58,391 nucleotides of DNA from an uncultured Armatimonadetes bacterium (lineage in GTDB: Bacteria > Armatimonadota > Armatimonadia > Armatimonadales > Armatimonadaceae), in assembly GCA_903881535.1 (NCBI GenBank), contig CAIRTT010000055.1, positions 1 through 58,391 on the forward strand. Reading direction: 5' to 3'. The notes under the pieces were generated by a model that saw only the letters and a program-made list of their open reading frames with translations, was not told the DNA's origin and made no database searches. Of this stretch, positions 9,747 to 19,212 are shown in pieces. A program made the translations under genes and the position numbers. Position 1 is the stretch's first letter. The number at the start of each line of letters is the position of its first letter.

Positions 9747-12221
9747 GTGATGAACGAAGAGATCCTCAAACGCGACATGTTTTCTAAACCCCTGTCAAAG
9801 GATGCCCGTAACAGTGGCATCATGTCAGGCTTTGAAGACGATATTGATACCTACGGGGAAAACCCTAAGGAGGGGCCCGAGGGCCAAGAAGAACAGAACC
9901 TTGAGGACATGCCGCCCATGGCGCGCACTCCTCAAAACCCTGAAATTCTGATGAACACGCTACGTGGCGATATGCGCTCAGTTGACGCTCGCTACGAGGA
10001 ACTGGCACAGATGGTTGGGGAGCAGGCAGCGCAGGATACTCCCCCTGAAGTGTTGGCCATGCTGCAAATCCAACTTGGCCAGCAAGGTCAACAAGGCGGC
10101 GGTATTGGCGGATTGCCACAAGGTGCAGGCATGATGCCTCCCCCAATGCCCGGCCAAGGAGCTCCCGGCCCACAAGGCGCGGCCCCCGGCGGCATGTCCC
10201 CTATCCCACAAGGACCAATGCCTGCCGCTGGAGGACCCCAAGGCCCTTTTCCGGAGGGCGGGGCTGAGCAGGCTCCGCCGCAGCATTTAGCACACGGCGG
10301 AGAAGTCGGATACTACCCTCCAACAGCTGACGGCATGCCTCCAATGCATGCAGCTTTGGGTGCGTTGATCACTCCTGCCATGCGTTATGGCCAGATGGCC
10401 GCGGAGCGCGTGGGGCCAATCCTGTCCTCTGCAAATGCAACTTTGGGCCGTGCGTTTGCGCAGCCTTCGATGACGCAGCCTTTCCTTGAAAACGTTCGTG
10501 GCCCAGGTGGCCGCTTTACTGCCGAGCAAATACAGCGCGGCGGGGAGATGGTGTACCCCACTTTGACCCAGGGCATGATGAACAGCGCCGCCACATTGGC
10601 GGACAAATACCCACGGATAAGCGCTCTTGGCGGATCGGCGGCAGCCCTGCTGGGGCTGAACAGCTTGCGACCTGATGCTGAAGGGCAAAGCGGTACTTCA
10701 GCACTGGCTGAACAGATTCCTACGGACACGGCAGAAGAGCGCGCAGCACGTATCGAGCGCGCGCGCCAAGAACCTGCGGTCAAAATGAGCTTTGATCAGC
10801 CGTTTACGACTACAAAATCTGATCAGTTTAAATTGCGTGAAGGACCACGGCCCATGCCCCCTGTTGCTGCCCCCGGGGAAGTTGCAGCGCAGGAACCCGC
10901 ACCGCAGGGCGACACGTTGGGCGACTTCATGCAGCAAAAATTGGATGAAGCAAACGCACGTCCAGCATTTGCTGAAGAAGCAAAAACAAATCAGCAATTT
11001 ATTAAAGATGCATTGAAAAACACGGGCACCAAGAGCCGTTTCCAACGTATTGAAGATGCTGCAAACGAGAACATTCCGTTGTTTTCCAAGTTCCTTGGCG
11101 AAGACAAAGAAACCGCCAAAACGAACGCTCTGCTGTTGTTGGCCGATGCAGGCTTTCGTTTTGCCGGTAGCCGTCAGCCTACGGTGGGCATGGCGCTGTC
11201 CGAGGCCCTCAGTGGGGTGCCAAAAGGTTTTGCTGCCTTGGCACAACAAGCAGAAGACCGCAGGATCAAGATCAACACGGTTGCACTGCAGTCTGCGATG
11301 TCCGATGTGGCGCAGCAGGACAAAGATGCCCAAGCCATCAAGATGGAAATCTTGAAAGGCGACATGAAAATGTTGCTGGAGCAGGCGAAGAATGGGCAAA
11401 CGCAAGTTGAGGATGGTGGTGGCGGTCTTCGTATTGCCAAAAACAAACAAGGCGGCTTTATGGGGGTGTCTATTGACCCCAATGACCCAACCGTCAGGAG
11501 TTCGTTGGCAAGCCGCTATACCTTGCGGGACACAGACAACCCTTACGTCGAAAACCGTGGCCAAGCGCCAACATCGGTGGAAACCGATAAGCCGGAACGC
11601 GTTAAGCTAACCAGCACATTGCGCGCCTTGGACAACAGTTTGTCCACATTGGACAACCTCAAGGGAACATACGCAGGGCTGTATAGCCCCGGTACATGGT
11701 TCCAGGACAAGGTCAACAACTTGTTGGTTCCTGTTTCTATGGGCACTATTCGTCCGGATGTTAATCAAGTGGATGCGGCCACCCGCGTCAGCACAGGCTT
11801 GAACACAATCCTGAAGAATATTGCTTCTGCAAATGACAGCGGCCGAGTTGCTGTGCAAGAACAAGAATGGGCCCGTGATACCGCCAAAGGTATTTCTGAC
11901 CCTAACGCGTTCTTCTCCAACAAGGAAATTGCTGCCAAACAGTTCAACAGCATGGAGGCCATGCTGCGCAACTCGCGTCAGCAGGTCTTGACCCAGCTGG
12001 GGTACGAGAATAATGACTATGTCATGCGCACCCCAAATACGGGTACACAAAGCGATCCGTTTACGGTGCCCAAAGACCCTGCGGAACAGAAACGCATGTT
12101 TGTTTTCCTTGGCAGCACGATTGGAAAGCTCCAGGATCCAAAAGCGACTGTGTATTTGCAGCTGCCTAATGGCAAAATAGATGCATTCAACCCAACCCAA
12201 CTGCGTGGATTGATTCAGTAA
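9747..12221 (+). CDS. large virion protein, unknown function
   Basis: 824 aa with a GTG/ATG start at 9747/9750. Has a Pro/Gly/Gln-rich N-terminal third and the motif LAHGGEVGYY. Confidence 0.5.
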   Translation: MMNEEILKRDMFSKPLSKDARNSGIMSGFEDDIDTYGENPKEGPEGQEEQNLEDMPPMARTPQNPEILMNTLRGDMRSVDARYEELAQMVGEQAAQDTPPEVLAMLQIQLGQQGQQGGGIGGLPQGAGMMPPPMPGQGAPGPQGAAPGGMSPIPQGPMPAAGGPQGPFPEGGAEQAPPQHLAHGGEVGYYPPTADGMPPMHAALGALITPAMRYGQMAAERVGPILSSANATLGRAFAQPSMTQPFLENVRGPGGRFTAEQIQRGGEMVYPTLTQGMMNSAATLADKYPRISALGGSAAALLGLNSLRPDAEGQSGTSALAEQIPTDTAEERAARIERARQEPAVKMSFDQPFTTTKSDQFKLREGPRPMPPVAAPGEVAAQEPAPQGDTLGDFMQQKLDEANARPAFAEEAKTNQQFIKDALKNTGTKSRFQRIEDAANENIPLFSKFLGEDKETAKTNALLLLADAGFRFAGSRQPTVGMALSEALSGVPKGFAALAQQAEDRRIKINTVALQSAMSDVAQQDKDAQAIKMEILKGDMKMLLEQAKNGQTQVEDGGGGLRIAKNKQGGFMGVSIDPNDPTVRSSLASRYTLRDTDNPYVENRGQAPTSVETDKPERVKLTSTLRALDNSLSTLDNLKGTYAGLYSPGTWFQDKVNNLLVPVSMGTIRPDVNQVDAATRVSTGLNTILKNIASANDSGRVAVQEQEWARDTAKGISDPNAFFSNKEIAAKQFNSMEAMLRNSRQQVLTQLGYENNDYVMRTPNTGTQSDPFTVPKDPAEQKRMFVFLGSTIGKLQDPKATVYLQLPNGKIDAFNPTQLRGLIQ

Positions 12222-15200
12222 TGGCAACCATAATGAACGCCCGAGGTGAAATGGTCGACCTGACGACAGGGGATGTTGTCGGCCGATCAGAGACTGCGCC
12301 CGTGAGCCAAGAACCACGGTCCGCTGCAGCCCCAGACCTGCCGGTCCCTGAGGGCGACAAGCTAACAGGTTTGGTCAACAACCTGTCCTGGGGCTTTAAC
12401 TCTGCACTTTTTGCTCTCCCCGATGCTGCCACCCGAATGATCGGAAAAGGGCTTGGGTTGGACGAAAAGCAGGTGTTTCAGCTGGGCAAGTTTTTTAACC
12501 GAGGTGAAGTCAACCCTGCCAATGCCGAGCAGCGGTACAGCCGCGCAATTGGAGAAGGTTTGGGCGGAACCTTGCCTTTTACCGGATTACTGGCCTATGC
12601 GGCAAAAGCTGCCCCTATGGTCAAAGTTGCAGAACCTGCTGCGGGCACCTTAAAACAAGTGGCCAATGAGGCCCTCCGGTTTGTCCAAGATAACCCCCGT
12701 TTGGCTGCGGCCACTGATCTGGTCTTTGGTGCAGGCTACGAGACCATGCGCCAAGCGGTCGAAGAAAACGTCGACCCAAACAACCCCAACAAAGGGCTAT
12801 ATAAAGAGCTGATGCCCGCCGCAGCCTTTATTGGCATGCCCATGGCCGTGGCCAATCTGCCCAGTGTGCGCATGGCGGGCTGGGCAAAGAACAAGCTCCA
12901 AGGCGCTTCTGCCAACATGGGCGAGATTGAAAAAGAAACCCTGCAAAACCTCCCCGGAGTGTGGCAGTTGCCCTTGGTCAAAATCGTCCCAACGATGTTG
13001 ATGAAGAACGCGGAAAACAAGCTCGCAAAAGTGTTTGGTCCCATCTCAGAAAGCCCCGAGGCGCAAGAAGCATTAAAGCGCTTGGAAACAGCCCTGATGG
13101 ACCCCGATATTGCCAATGCCGGTTTCCTGTTTGATGCAGCCGAAAAGACAATGTATACCCCCTTGCTTCAGCGCAAGGCGGAGTTGTTGCAACAGTTGGG
13201 GCCCAAGGAACTGGAAGTCACCAAGACCCGTATCAACGAAAATCAGCGCAAACTGCAGGTCCTGTTTGACTCGTTCTCGCCAGAAGCCCGCAAACCTATC
13301 GAGGACGCTTTTCTGGCGGCTCAAACAGAGCGCCAGAACTTTTTCACTAGCTTGTTGAAACAACAAAAGGGCATGACCGACGCGGAAATTATGTCGGTAT
13401 CCGAGCGCCTTGGACCACAGAACATTGACCTGCTAAACGATGAGCTACGTGGTGTTTTGATGTCCCGTATGGAGATGGATGCCAGTGGCCGCGAAAAGAT
13501 CTTGTCCCGCATGGGACTGCGCCAAGGAACCTCTCCTGAGGGACTTCCAATGCCTACCCGCGAGGACGGGAAATCCCTGTTCCAATCGGCAGACATGGAA
13601 GATGCGGCTACTGCCCTGATACAGAAGTACCGTGTCGAACGCCCCTCTATGCGGGCGGATGTGCCCGAGCCCATCCGGTTGCTGGAAAACTTTGTCAAGA
13701 CCCAGCAGATGGCCCGCGAAAAGCTGGAAAGCAGAATGCTTACACAGCTCACGGACAACGCCATTTCTGAGCAGCTGGCTTCGGCCGGCAAAGACCTTCC
13801 TGCTGACTTTCAAAAGGCCATTCGGGATTCGGTCGTCAAAATGGTTCGCGGCGAGAAGGTTAAAGGCAAGGGCCGCGGCGTGTCCGTTGGCGAATTGGCC
13901 GGCACCCCTGACGGCAATGGAAACCTGTCCATTCCAACAGGCATCCCTGGCCGCAAGATCACGATCAATCCGGAGCAGCTGCGCGCTGATGCTGCGCGAA
14001 TTGCAGAAGCCGATACAGGCATTGACATCAACCTGCCGGAAGCCCTGGATTACCTGCAAGCAGCCATTCGTTTTCGCAACGATTCACTGGCCCGTTACAA
14101 CGCTGCGATGCACCGCGGGACTACCCGCATCACCGATGCACAGCGCCACCTTGATACAGGCAGCGCCGTATTCAACGATGTTGAGAAACTGATCCTGGGC
14201 CACGTGCCAAAGATCGCGCGCGAGTACGAAGGCATGAAGATGGTGCTGGATGACTACCGCGCCGGATTTGAGCAAAACTTGCCACTGCTCATGGCCCAGA
14301 AGAAGGGCCGCGGCGATGAGTTTTTGCTGCCCAACGAGGCCTTGTTGCAGAAAGCGTTCTCCAACGCCGATAATTTGCGCCAATTAAACGTGTCCCTGAT
14401 GGGCTCGCCTGATGCAAACGGCCTGCTTGAGCGCGGTGCGGTGGATTGGCTGCGCAGCAAGGGCGTAGTTACCAGCGAAGGCTTGGTCGACCCTAAAAAG
14501 GTCCGTTCCGTGCTGGACAAGAACCGCAACATTGTTGAGGCATTGCCCGCCGATGTACAGGCCAAGCTCAAAAACGAAGTGGCCCTGGCCGATGACTATG
14601 CCACCCGCATGGGAGAGCTAGACACACGGCGCGTGAATGCCAAGAACAACGAGCTCGACACGCTGTTGGCCAAAGCCACACGGCCCGGCGCTGACCCCAA
14701 GCAGACCTTGGTCAAAGCGCTTCAGGACCCGGCCACCATGAACACGTTGGTCACCCACTTGGCCAACGACCCTGAAAACCTCGCCGCGCTACGGCGCTCC
14801 GTCTACGACATTGCCACTGAAGGGGCTCAAGGCGGCGGCGCGCTTAAGAACTTCATTGACCAGAACGAAAAGTCATTGCGTGTCTTATTTAAAGACACTG
14901 CCCACTTTGACAACCTCAAGACCCTGGCCGACCTGCAGCGCCGCGTCAATGCGTTTGCGGATGTCACCGGACAGATCCCTGCGTTTGAGTCGTTAGATTC
15001 GGCTTTAAAGCGTGTTTTTGGCTCAGGCATCCAGTTCCTCACGACCACCATGCGCGAGGCCGCTGTGGGCCGAATTAACCCCTCCACGGGCGCTTTGGCA
15101 TTGATGGTGCGCTTGACTGGTGGACTTGAGAACCAGCTGTACCAGCGAATCTTTACCCGTGCCTTGGAAGACCCCGAGTTTGCCAAGCGGATTACGCACG

Positions 15201-15586
15201 TGGGCACCCCGGAGGAAGCCAAGAAGGTGGCTGCATCGCTGCAGAACATCGGCATCCCTGTGTCTAAGTACGCTCCCGGCGTTGCACGTGCCACGGCCCT
15301 CGAAGCAGGGCGCGAAGCCCGTGCTGGCCAGGAGCTGCCAACTGCTGCGGCAGGCAAGCCTGTCATGCCCGAAACAAGCGCCCGGGATATGCTCAAGCGG
15401 GCCATGCCGCCCGCACCGCCAACACGTGGATCGCAGTTCAATCCTCGCCTGCCCACTACCCCGCCGGCCGCGCCGCAGAACACAAATTTGATGTACCCAG
15501 CGCTGTTTCCGAACGATCCAATCAGCGGTATGCTTCAACAACGGGCCGCGGCTCAGCAGCGGCCTCCGGGCGCGCCACCACAGTAA
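12221..15586 (+). CDS. large alpha-helical virion protein (internal core/ejection candidate)
   Basis: 1121 aa with a TAATG overlap with the upstream gene, a helical-looking composition and a Pro-rich C-terminus. Confidence 0.5.
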   Translation: MATIMNARGEMVDLTTGDVVGRSETAPVSQEPRSAAAPDLPVPEGDKLTGLVNNLSWGFNSALFALPDAATRMIGKGLGLDEKQVFQLGKFFNRGEVNPANAEQRYSRAIGEGLGGTLPFTGLLAYAAKAAPMVKVAEPAAGTLKQVANEALRFVQDNPRLAAATDLVFGAGYETMRQAVEENVDPNNPNKGLYKELMPAAAFIGMPMAVANLPSVRMAGWAKNKLQGASANMGEIEKETLQNLPGVWQLPLVKIVPTMLMKNAENKLAKVFGPISESPEAQEALKRLETALMDPDIANAGFLFDAAEKTMYTPLLQRKAELLQQLGPKELEVTKTRINENQRKLQVLFDSFSPEARKPIEDAFLAAQTERQNFFTSLLKQQKGMTDAEIMSVSERLGPQNIDLLNDELRGVLMSRMEMDASGREKILSRMGLRQGTSPEGLPMPTREDGKSLFQSADMEDAATALIQKYRVERPSMRADVPEPIRLLENFVKTQQMAREKLESRMLTQLTDNAISEQLASAGKDLPADFQKAIRDSVVKMVRGEKVKGKGRGVSVGELAGTPDGNGNLSIPTGIPGRKITINPEQLRADAARIAEADTGIDINLPEALDYLQAAIRFRNDSLARYNAAMHRGTTRITDAQRHLDTGSAVFNDVEKLILGHVPKIAREYEGMKMVLDDYRAGFEQNLPLLMAQKKGRGDEFLLPNEALLQKAFSNADNLRQLNVSLMGSPDANGLLERGAVDWLRSKGVVTSEGLVDPKKVRSVLDKNRNIVEALPADVQAKLKNEVALADDYATRMGELDTRRVNAKNNELDTLLAKATRPGADPKQTLVKALQDPATMNTLVTHLANDPENLAALRRSVYDIATEGAQGGGALKNFIDQNEKSLRVLFKDTAHFDNLKTLADLQRRVNAFADVTGQIPAFESLDSALKRVFGSGIQFLTTTMREAAVGRINPSTGALALMVRLTGGLENQLYQRIFTRALEDPEFAKRITHVGTPEEAKKVAASLQNIGIPVSKYAPGVARATALEAGREARAGQELPTAAAGKPVMPETSARDMLKRAMPPAPPTRGSQFNPRLPTTPPAAPQNTNLMYPALFPNDPISGMLQQRAAAQQRPPGAPPQ

Positions 15587-15597
15587 TGGAGTAAAAA

Positions 15598-15987
15598 ATG
15601 GAAATGATTGGACAACTGGTGGGCACCTTGTTTTTAAGCAGGGAAGTAGCCCACCGCGCCCATTTGGCGGTGAAGCCCGTCATGGGCAGCTTTGCTATGC
15701 ACACCAGCCTTGGCGAGTTTTACGACAGCGTCACCGAAATGGCCGACCGCCTGACAGAGGTATATCAGGGCCGTATGGATACCCTGATTGAAATCCCGTA
15801 CCTTGATTTTCCTAAGTCAGAGAACCTTCCAAAAGATATTTTAGGAATCTTGGAAGATCACCTCGACGACATTGAAAGCCTGCGCTACACTGCTGTGGAC
15901 AAGAAGGAAACGATGCTGCAAAACGTGATCGATGAGATCGTTGAGCTTTACAGCCACACCTTCTACAAACTTCGCAATTTCCGCTAG
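15598..15987 (+). CDS. four-helix-bundle Dps/ferritin-like protein (tentative)
   Basis: 129 aa with GGAG upstream. The pattern AHRAHL...SFAMHTSLGEFYD...ADRLTE resembles Dps-like phage proteins. This is from memory only. Confidence 0.45.
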   Translation: MEMIGQLVGTLFLSREVAHRAHLAVKPVMGSFAMHTSLGEFYDSVTEMADRLTEVYQGRMDTLIEIPYLDFPKSENLPKDILGILEDHLDDIESLRYTAVDKKETMLQNVIDEIVELYSHTFYKLRNFR

Positions 15988-16063
15988 ATCTGCGGATTGC
16001 AACAGGCAGTTGCCAGGGGGATAAAGAGACGCGGGCCTACTCCACCTGCGTTTCTCCTGGACT

Positions 16064-16792
16064 TTATGGGCTCACAGGCTGACCATCGGCCTGTGAGCTC
16101 TTTTCTTTGTGGAACCGCTCTACGCGCCGCATCCAAGCGTCCTTGTACTGCGAGAACTCCCGCCCACACGTGACAAATTCTTGCGTCGCACCCGTCTGGT
16201 CCACCATCATCACCACACCGTGATCGATGTCCGTTCCATGCTTGACGTTGTGTGCTACAGCGTACGCGGCCAACTGCAGGAAGTAGTCCTCAATCCAGTT
16301 GCGCTGCTTCATTTTATTGGCTTGTTTGAAGTCAATGATTGAGGGGTTGTTTTTGTACACCGCCACGCAGTCAGATGTGCCTGCATACAGCCCCGGGTGG
16401 TACAGCATCACCTCTGCGCCCCAGACCTCTTGGACGTGCGGAAAGAATGTATCAATGAGCTTGTAGCCCATCCAATAACCACGGACCGCGAGCCATGTGC
16501 GCGGTGTTGGCAGATCGCGGTTCAGCAGCAGCCGCTCCACCACGTTGTGCATGTGGGTGCCCACCGTAGCCGCGTCATTTTTGATGCGCTCCGCTTCTTC
16601 TGGACCAATGCGCGCGGCCCACGAATCAAGGTGCTTGGCGTCTTTGGTGCTCGACAGGATACTGGTGACACTGGGTAGACGTGTCGATTCACCGGGGTGT
16701 ACGTACACACGTCCTTCGGGTGCGTCGATTCTTTGCAGTTTTTCGTACACGTAGCGTTTGTGAACAGGGATGAGTTGCATTAGATGAGCCAT
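16064..16792 (-). CDS. PD-(D/E)XK RecB/Cas4-like exonuclease
   Basis: 242 aa. Motifs are GTHMHNVVE and GTSDCVAVY...IIDFKQ...YFLQLAAY (the D...D/E-x-K...Q..Y pattern). Confidence 0.7.
   Translation of the reverse strand: MAHLMQLIPVHKRYVYEKLQRIDAPEGRVYVHPGESTRLPSVTSILSSTKDAKHLDSWAARIGPEEAERIKNDAATVGTHMHNVVERLLLNRDLPTPRTWLAVRGYWMGYKLIDTFFPHVQEVWGAEVMLYHPGLYAGTSDCVAVYKNNPSIIDFKQANKMKQRNWIEDYFLQLAAYAVAHNVKHGTDIDHGVVMMVDQTGATQEFVTCGREFSQYKDAWMRRVERFHKEKSSQADGQPVSP
16070..16108 (+). terminator. rho-independent terminator for the rightward block, embedded in the 3' end of the converging nuclease gene
   Basis: 10-bp perfect stem (gctcacaggc / gcctgtgagc) with a 9-nt loop, followed by tcttttcttt. Confidence 0.6.
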
Positions 16793-18231
16793 TCTTTCAG
16801 TTTTTCTCCCAGCACTTGGCTGGCGATATTGATCTTGCCGCGCAGGGCCTTGACGATGTGCTCGTCAACTGTGCCCGGAGTGATCAGGTCCACGTAGGTT
16901 ACCTTGTCCGTCTGCCCGATCCGGTGAGCTCGGTCCTCGCTCTGCAGCCTCACTTCCAAGTCGAAGCTGTTGCTGTAGTAAATGACCGTCTTGGCTTGAG
17001 TTAAAGTCAGGCCGTACCCGCCGGTACGAGGGTTGCCCACGAAGAACCGCAGGTCGCTGTTCGGGTCCTGAAACTTCGTCACGATTTCCTGTCGTTCCTG
17101 GGTTTCCGTGTCCCCGTAGTACGTCGCCACACTGGTCATCCCGTACTGCTTTTGGATCGCGTGTTTGACCCGTTCGATGTCCTTGCGATAGTTGGCCCAT
17201 ATGATTACCTTTTCTCCAGTTTCTTCAAGCACGTTCATCAATTCATCAATTCTATTGCTGGGAATATCCAGCTCTGTGCCGTCGTCGAGCTTGACGTGGC
17301 CGCAGCAGATCTGATGCAAGCGCATGAGCTGTGTCAATGCATTGTTGGTCGTCATGAGCCCCCCGTTGACCTCGGCCAGGGCCATGAGCTTCATCTGGTT
17401 GTAGGCCTTTTCCTGCTCCTTGGTGAGCTCGATTTCCCGCATCGTGTAGACCTTGTCAGGCAGGTCCAGGCACTCATCTTTGGTCACGCGAAATGCAAAC
17501 TGATCGAGCTTTTCTTTGAGCTCATCGAGCCTGCGAAAACCCACTACCTGCTTAAATGTGTGCGTGGACATTTTGCGTTCCACAGTGACCGCGTAACGCG
17601 CTTGGAATGAGTAAAAACTGGCGGCGTTCAGATACTGGTTTCCAAGGAATTCGCACTGCGCATAAAGGTCCAGCGGGGTCTTGGTTACTGGCGACCCCGT
17701 AGCAATGCGCCTGTACCGCGCATCACGGCCCACCTTGATGATGCTCTTGGTGCGCTTGGCCTTTTCGTTCTTAATCGTGGTGCTCTCATCAACGGCCATA
17801 AATGCTGTGGTGACACGCAAAAAAGTACGCGCAAATGCAGTGCCTTTTTCGGTGCTGAAAGCCTCGATATTCATGATCAAAATACGCAAGTCATCGACTG
17901 CATTGAGCATGACGCTCATCTCATGCTGCTCCGCTTTGCGCGCCGTGGGCGACCAGCAGGCCATTTTGTAGGGCACATGATCGGGCATATGCTCGGGAAT
18001 CTGGTCCTTGTACCAGTTCCGATACACCCCCTTGGGGGCCACAATTAGCATGGCGTTTATCTTGCCCGTGTCGTACAGCATGGCTGCATTGTTGATAAGC
18101 ATAAAGCTCTTACCAGTGCCCATTTCTGCAAACAAAGCAACACCTTCATCTTTCCAGAAACGGTGCAAATATGCCCCTTGGTGGGCGAACGGTTTGTTCT
18201 TAAACGGGTATCGTTGGAGGGTTAAATCCAT
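16780..18231 (-). CDS. SNF2-family (SF2) DNA helicase/translocase
   Basis: Motifs FAEMGTGKS, AVDESTTIKN, TGSPVTKTPLDLY and QSEDRAHRIGQ. I place the start at MDLTLQ (18231), because the longer ORF to 18303 would run over the divergent promoter. Confidence 0.85.
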   Translation of the reverse strand: MDLTLQRYPFKNKPFAHQGAYLHRFWKDEGVALFAEMGTGKSFMLINNAAMLYDTGKINAMLIVAPKGVYRNWYKDQIPEHMPDHVPYKMACWSPTARKAEQHEMSVMLNAVDDLRILIMNIEAFSTEKGTAFARTFLRVTTAFMAVDESTTIKNEKAKRTKSIIKVGRDARYRRIATGSPVTKTPLDLYAQCEFLGNQYLNAASFYSFQARYAVTVERKMSTHTFKQVVGFRRLDELKEKLDQFAFRVTKDECLDLPDKVYTMREIELTKEQEKAYNQMKLMALAEVNGGLMTTNNALTQLMRLHQICCGHVKLDDGTELDIPSNRIDELMNVLEETGEKVIIWANYRKDIERVKHAIQKQYGMTSVATYYGDTETQERQEIVTKFQDPNSDLRFFVGNPRTGGYGLTLTQAKTVIYYSNSFDLEVRLQSEDRAHRIGQTDKVTYVDLITPGTVDEHIVKALRGKINIASQVLGEKLKEWLI

Positions 18232-18260
18232 AATCTTTCTGCCTTTCTTTAAAACAGGTG

Positions 18261-18319
18261 TTGACAACCTGCAAAAGTATTGTACACTAACCCTACGTTT
18301 CAAGAAAGGATAGTGTAAC
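18261..18319 (+). promoter_or_regulatory. sigma70-type promoter plus conserved leader for the replication block
   Basis: TTGACA (18261) - 16 nt - TACACT (18283), then AGAAAGGATAG (18303..18313) 6 nt before the GTG at 18320. Confidence 0.6.
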
Positions 18320-18649
18320 GTGTCTAAAGTTTATGTAGTGCAAGAGATGCCCAATCACGACATCGCCTCTGCAATGAAGTTCGGTGAGTTGCAAGTTTTG
18401 CTGCCCTCCAATACTCAAGTTGCTTTTTCCACCGCGCCAGTTGTGCGCCGGCTGCGAAACAAGCTGCGAGAGTACAAGGATGGCGATTACCTGCTGCTGA
18501 CCGGTGATCCCGTAGCAATTGGCTTGGCCTGCTCAGTTGCCGCGTTGTATAACTCTGGCCGGATGACACTTCTCAAATGGGATCGCCGTGAGAGAATGTA
18601 TATCCCCGTGAAAGTCGATGTAACACAGAATGGAGAAAGTGATGACTGA
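18320..18649 (+). CDS. hypothetical protein
   Basis: 109 aa with a GTG start after the conserved leader. Confidence 0.6.
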   Translation: MSKVYVVQEMPNHDIASAMKFGELQVLLPSNTQVAFSTAPVVRRLRNKLREYKDGDYLLLTGDPVAIGLACSVAALYNSGRMTLLKWDRRERMYIPVKVDVTQNGESDD

Positions 18650-19196
18650 TATCAATGATATGTTTGAACAGGATGCGGGTGCCCTTGTTGTCAAGAATGA
18701 GGACCTGTCTTCCGTAGGTGCTTTGGCCAAGCGCGCCAAAGAGCTGGAGAAAGAAATCTCTGAGCTCGATGACGTGATCAAAGAGCGCAAAGAGCAGCAG
18801 CGCAAGTTGCTGGAAGAGACCATCCCTGCAATGCTGCAGGAACTGGGCATGGCCAAGTTCACCATGGCTGACGGATCAGAGATCACAGTCAAGCCTTTTT
18901 ACAGTGCATCCATCAAGGATGAAAACCGTGCGGTGGCATACGAATGGCTGCGTCAGAACGGCTACGATGACATCATCAAGAATACAGTGTCTGTGCGCTT
19001 TGGTCGTGGTGAAGACGATCTGTGCGAGACACTCCTGAACCAATTGCGCACGGGCAACTACCCAGTTGAACAAGCGCAAAAGGTCGAGCCCCAGACCCTC
19101 AAAGCCTGGGTGCGCGAAATGGTGGAAAAGGGACGCGAGTTCCCCACCGAAACCTTCTCGGTCTACATCGGCCAGAAGGCAACCATCAAATCATGA
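18642..19196 (+). CDS. coiled-coil protein, replication/recombination module, unknown function
   Basis: The ATG at 18642 has GGAG 7 nt upstream. The ORF-track start at 18630 lacks an RBS. The N-terminal half looks like a coiled coil. Confidence 0.55.
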   Translation: MTDINDMFEQDAGALVVKNEDLSSVGALAKRAKELEKEISELDDVIKERKEQQRKLLEETIPAMLQELGMAKFTMADGSEITVKPFYSASIKDENRAVAYEWLRQNGYDDIIKNTVSVRFGRGEDDLCETLLNQLRTGNYPVEQAQKVEPQTLKAWVREMVEKGREFPTETFSVYIGQKATIKS

Positions 19197-19212
19197 ACTA
19201 AGGAAAACCATC

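Noticed and set aside
16780-18303. Longer N-terminal extensions offered by the ORF track: SNF2 to 18303, 19066 start, 21769 start, 30053 start, 30899 start, 32264 start, 33350 start and 49707 start.
   Set aside because: The extensions overlap upstream genes or promoters and lack an RBS. The internal starts have SD sequences, the conserved leader or ATGA coupling.
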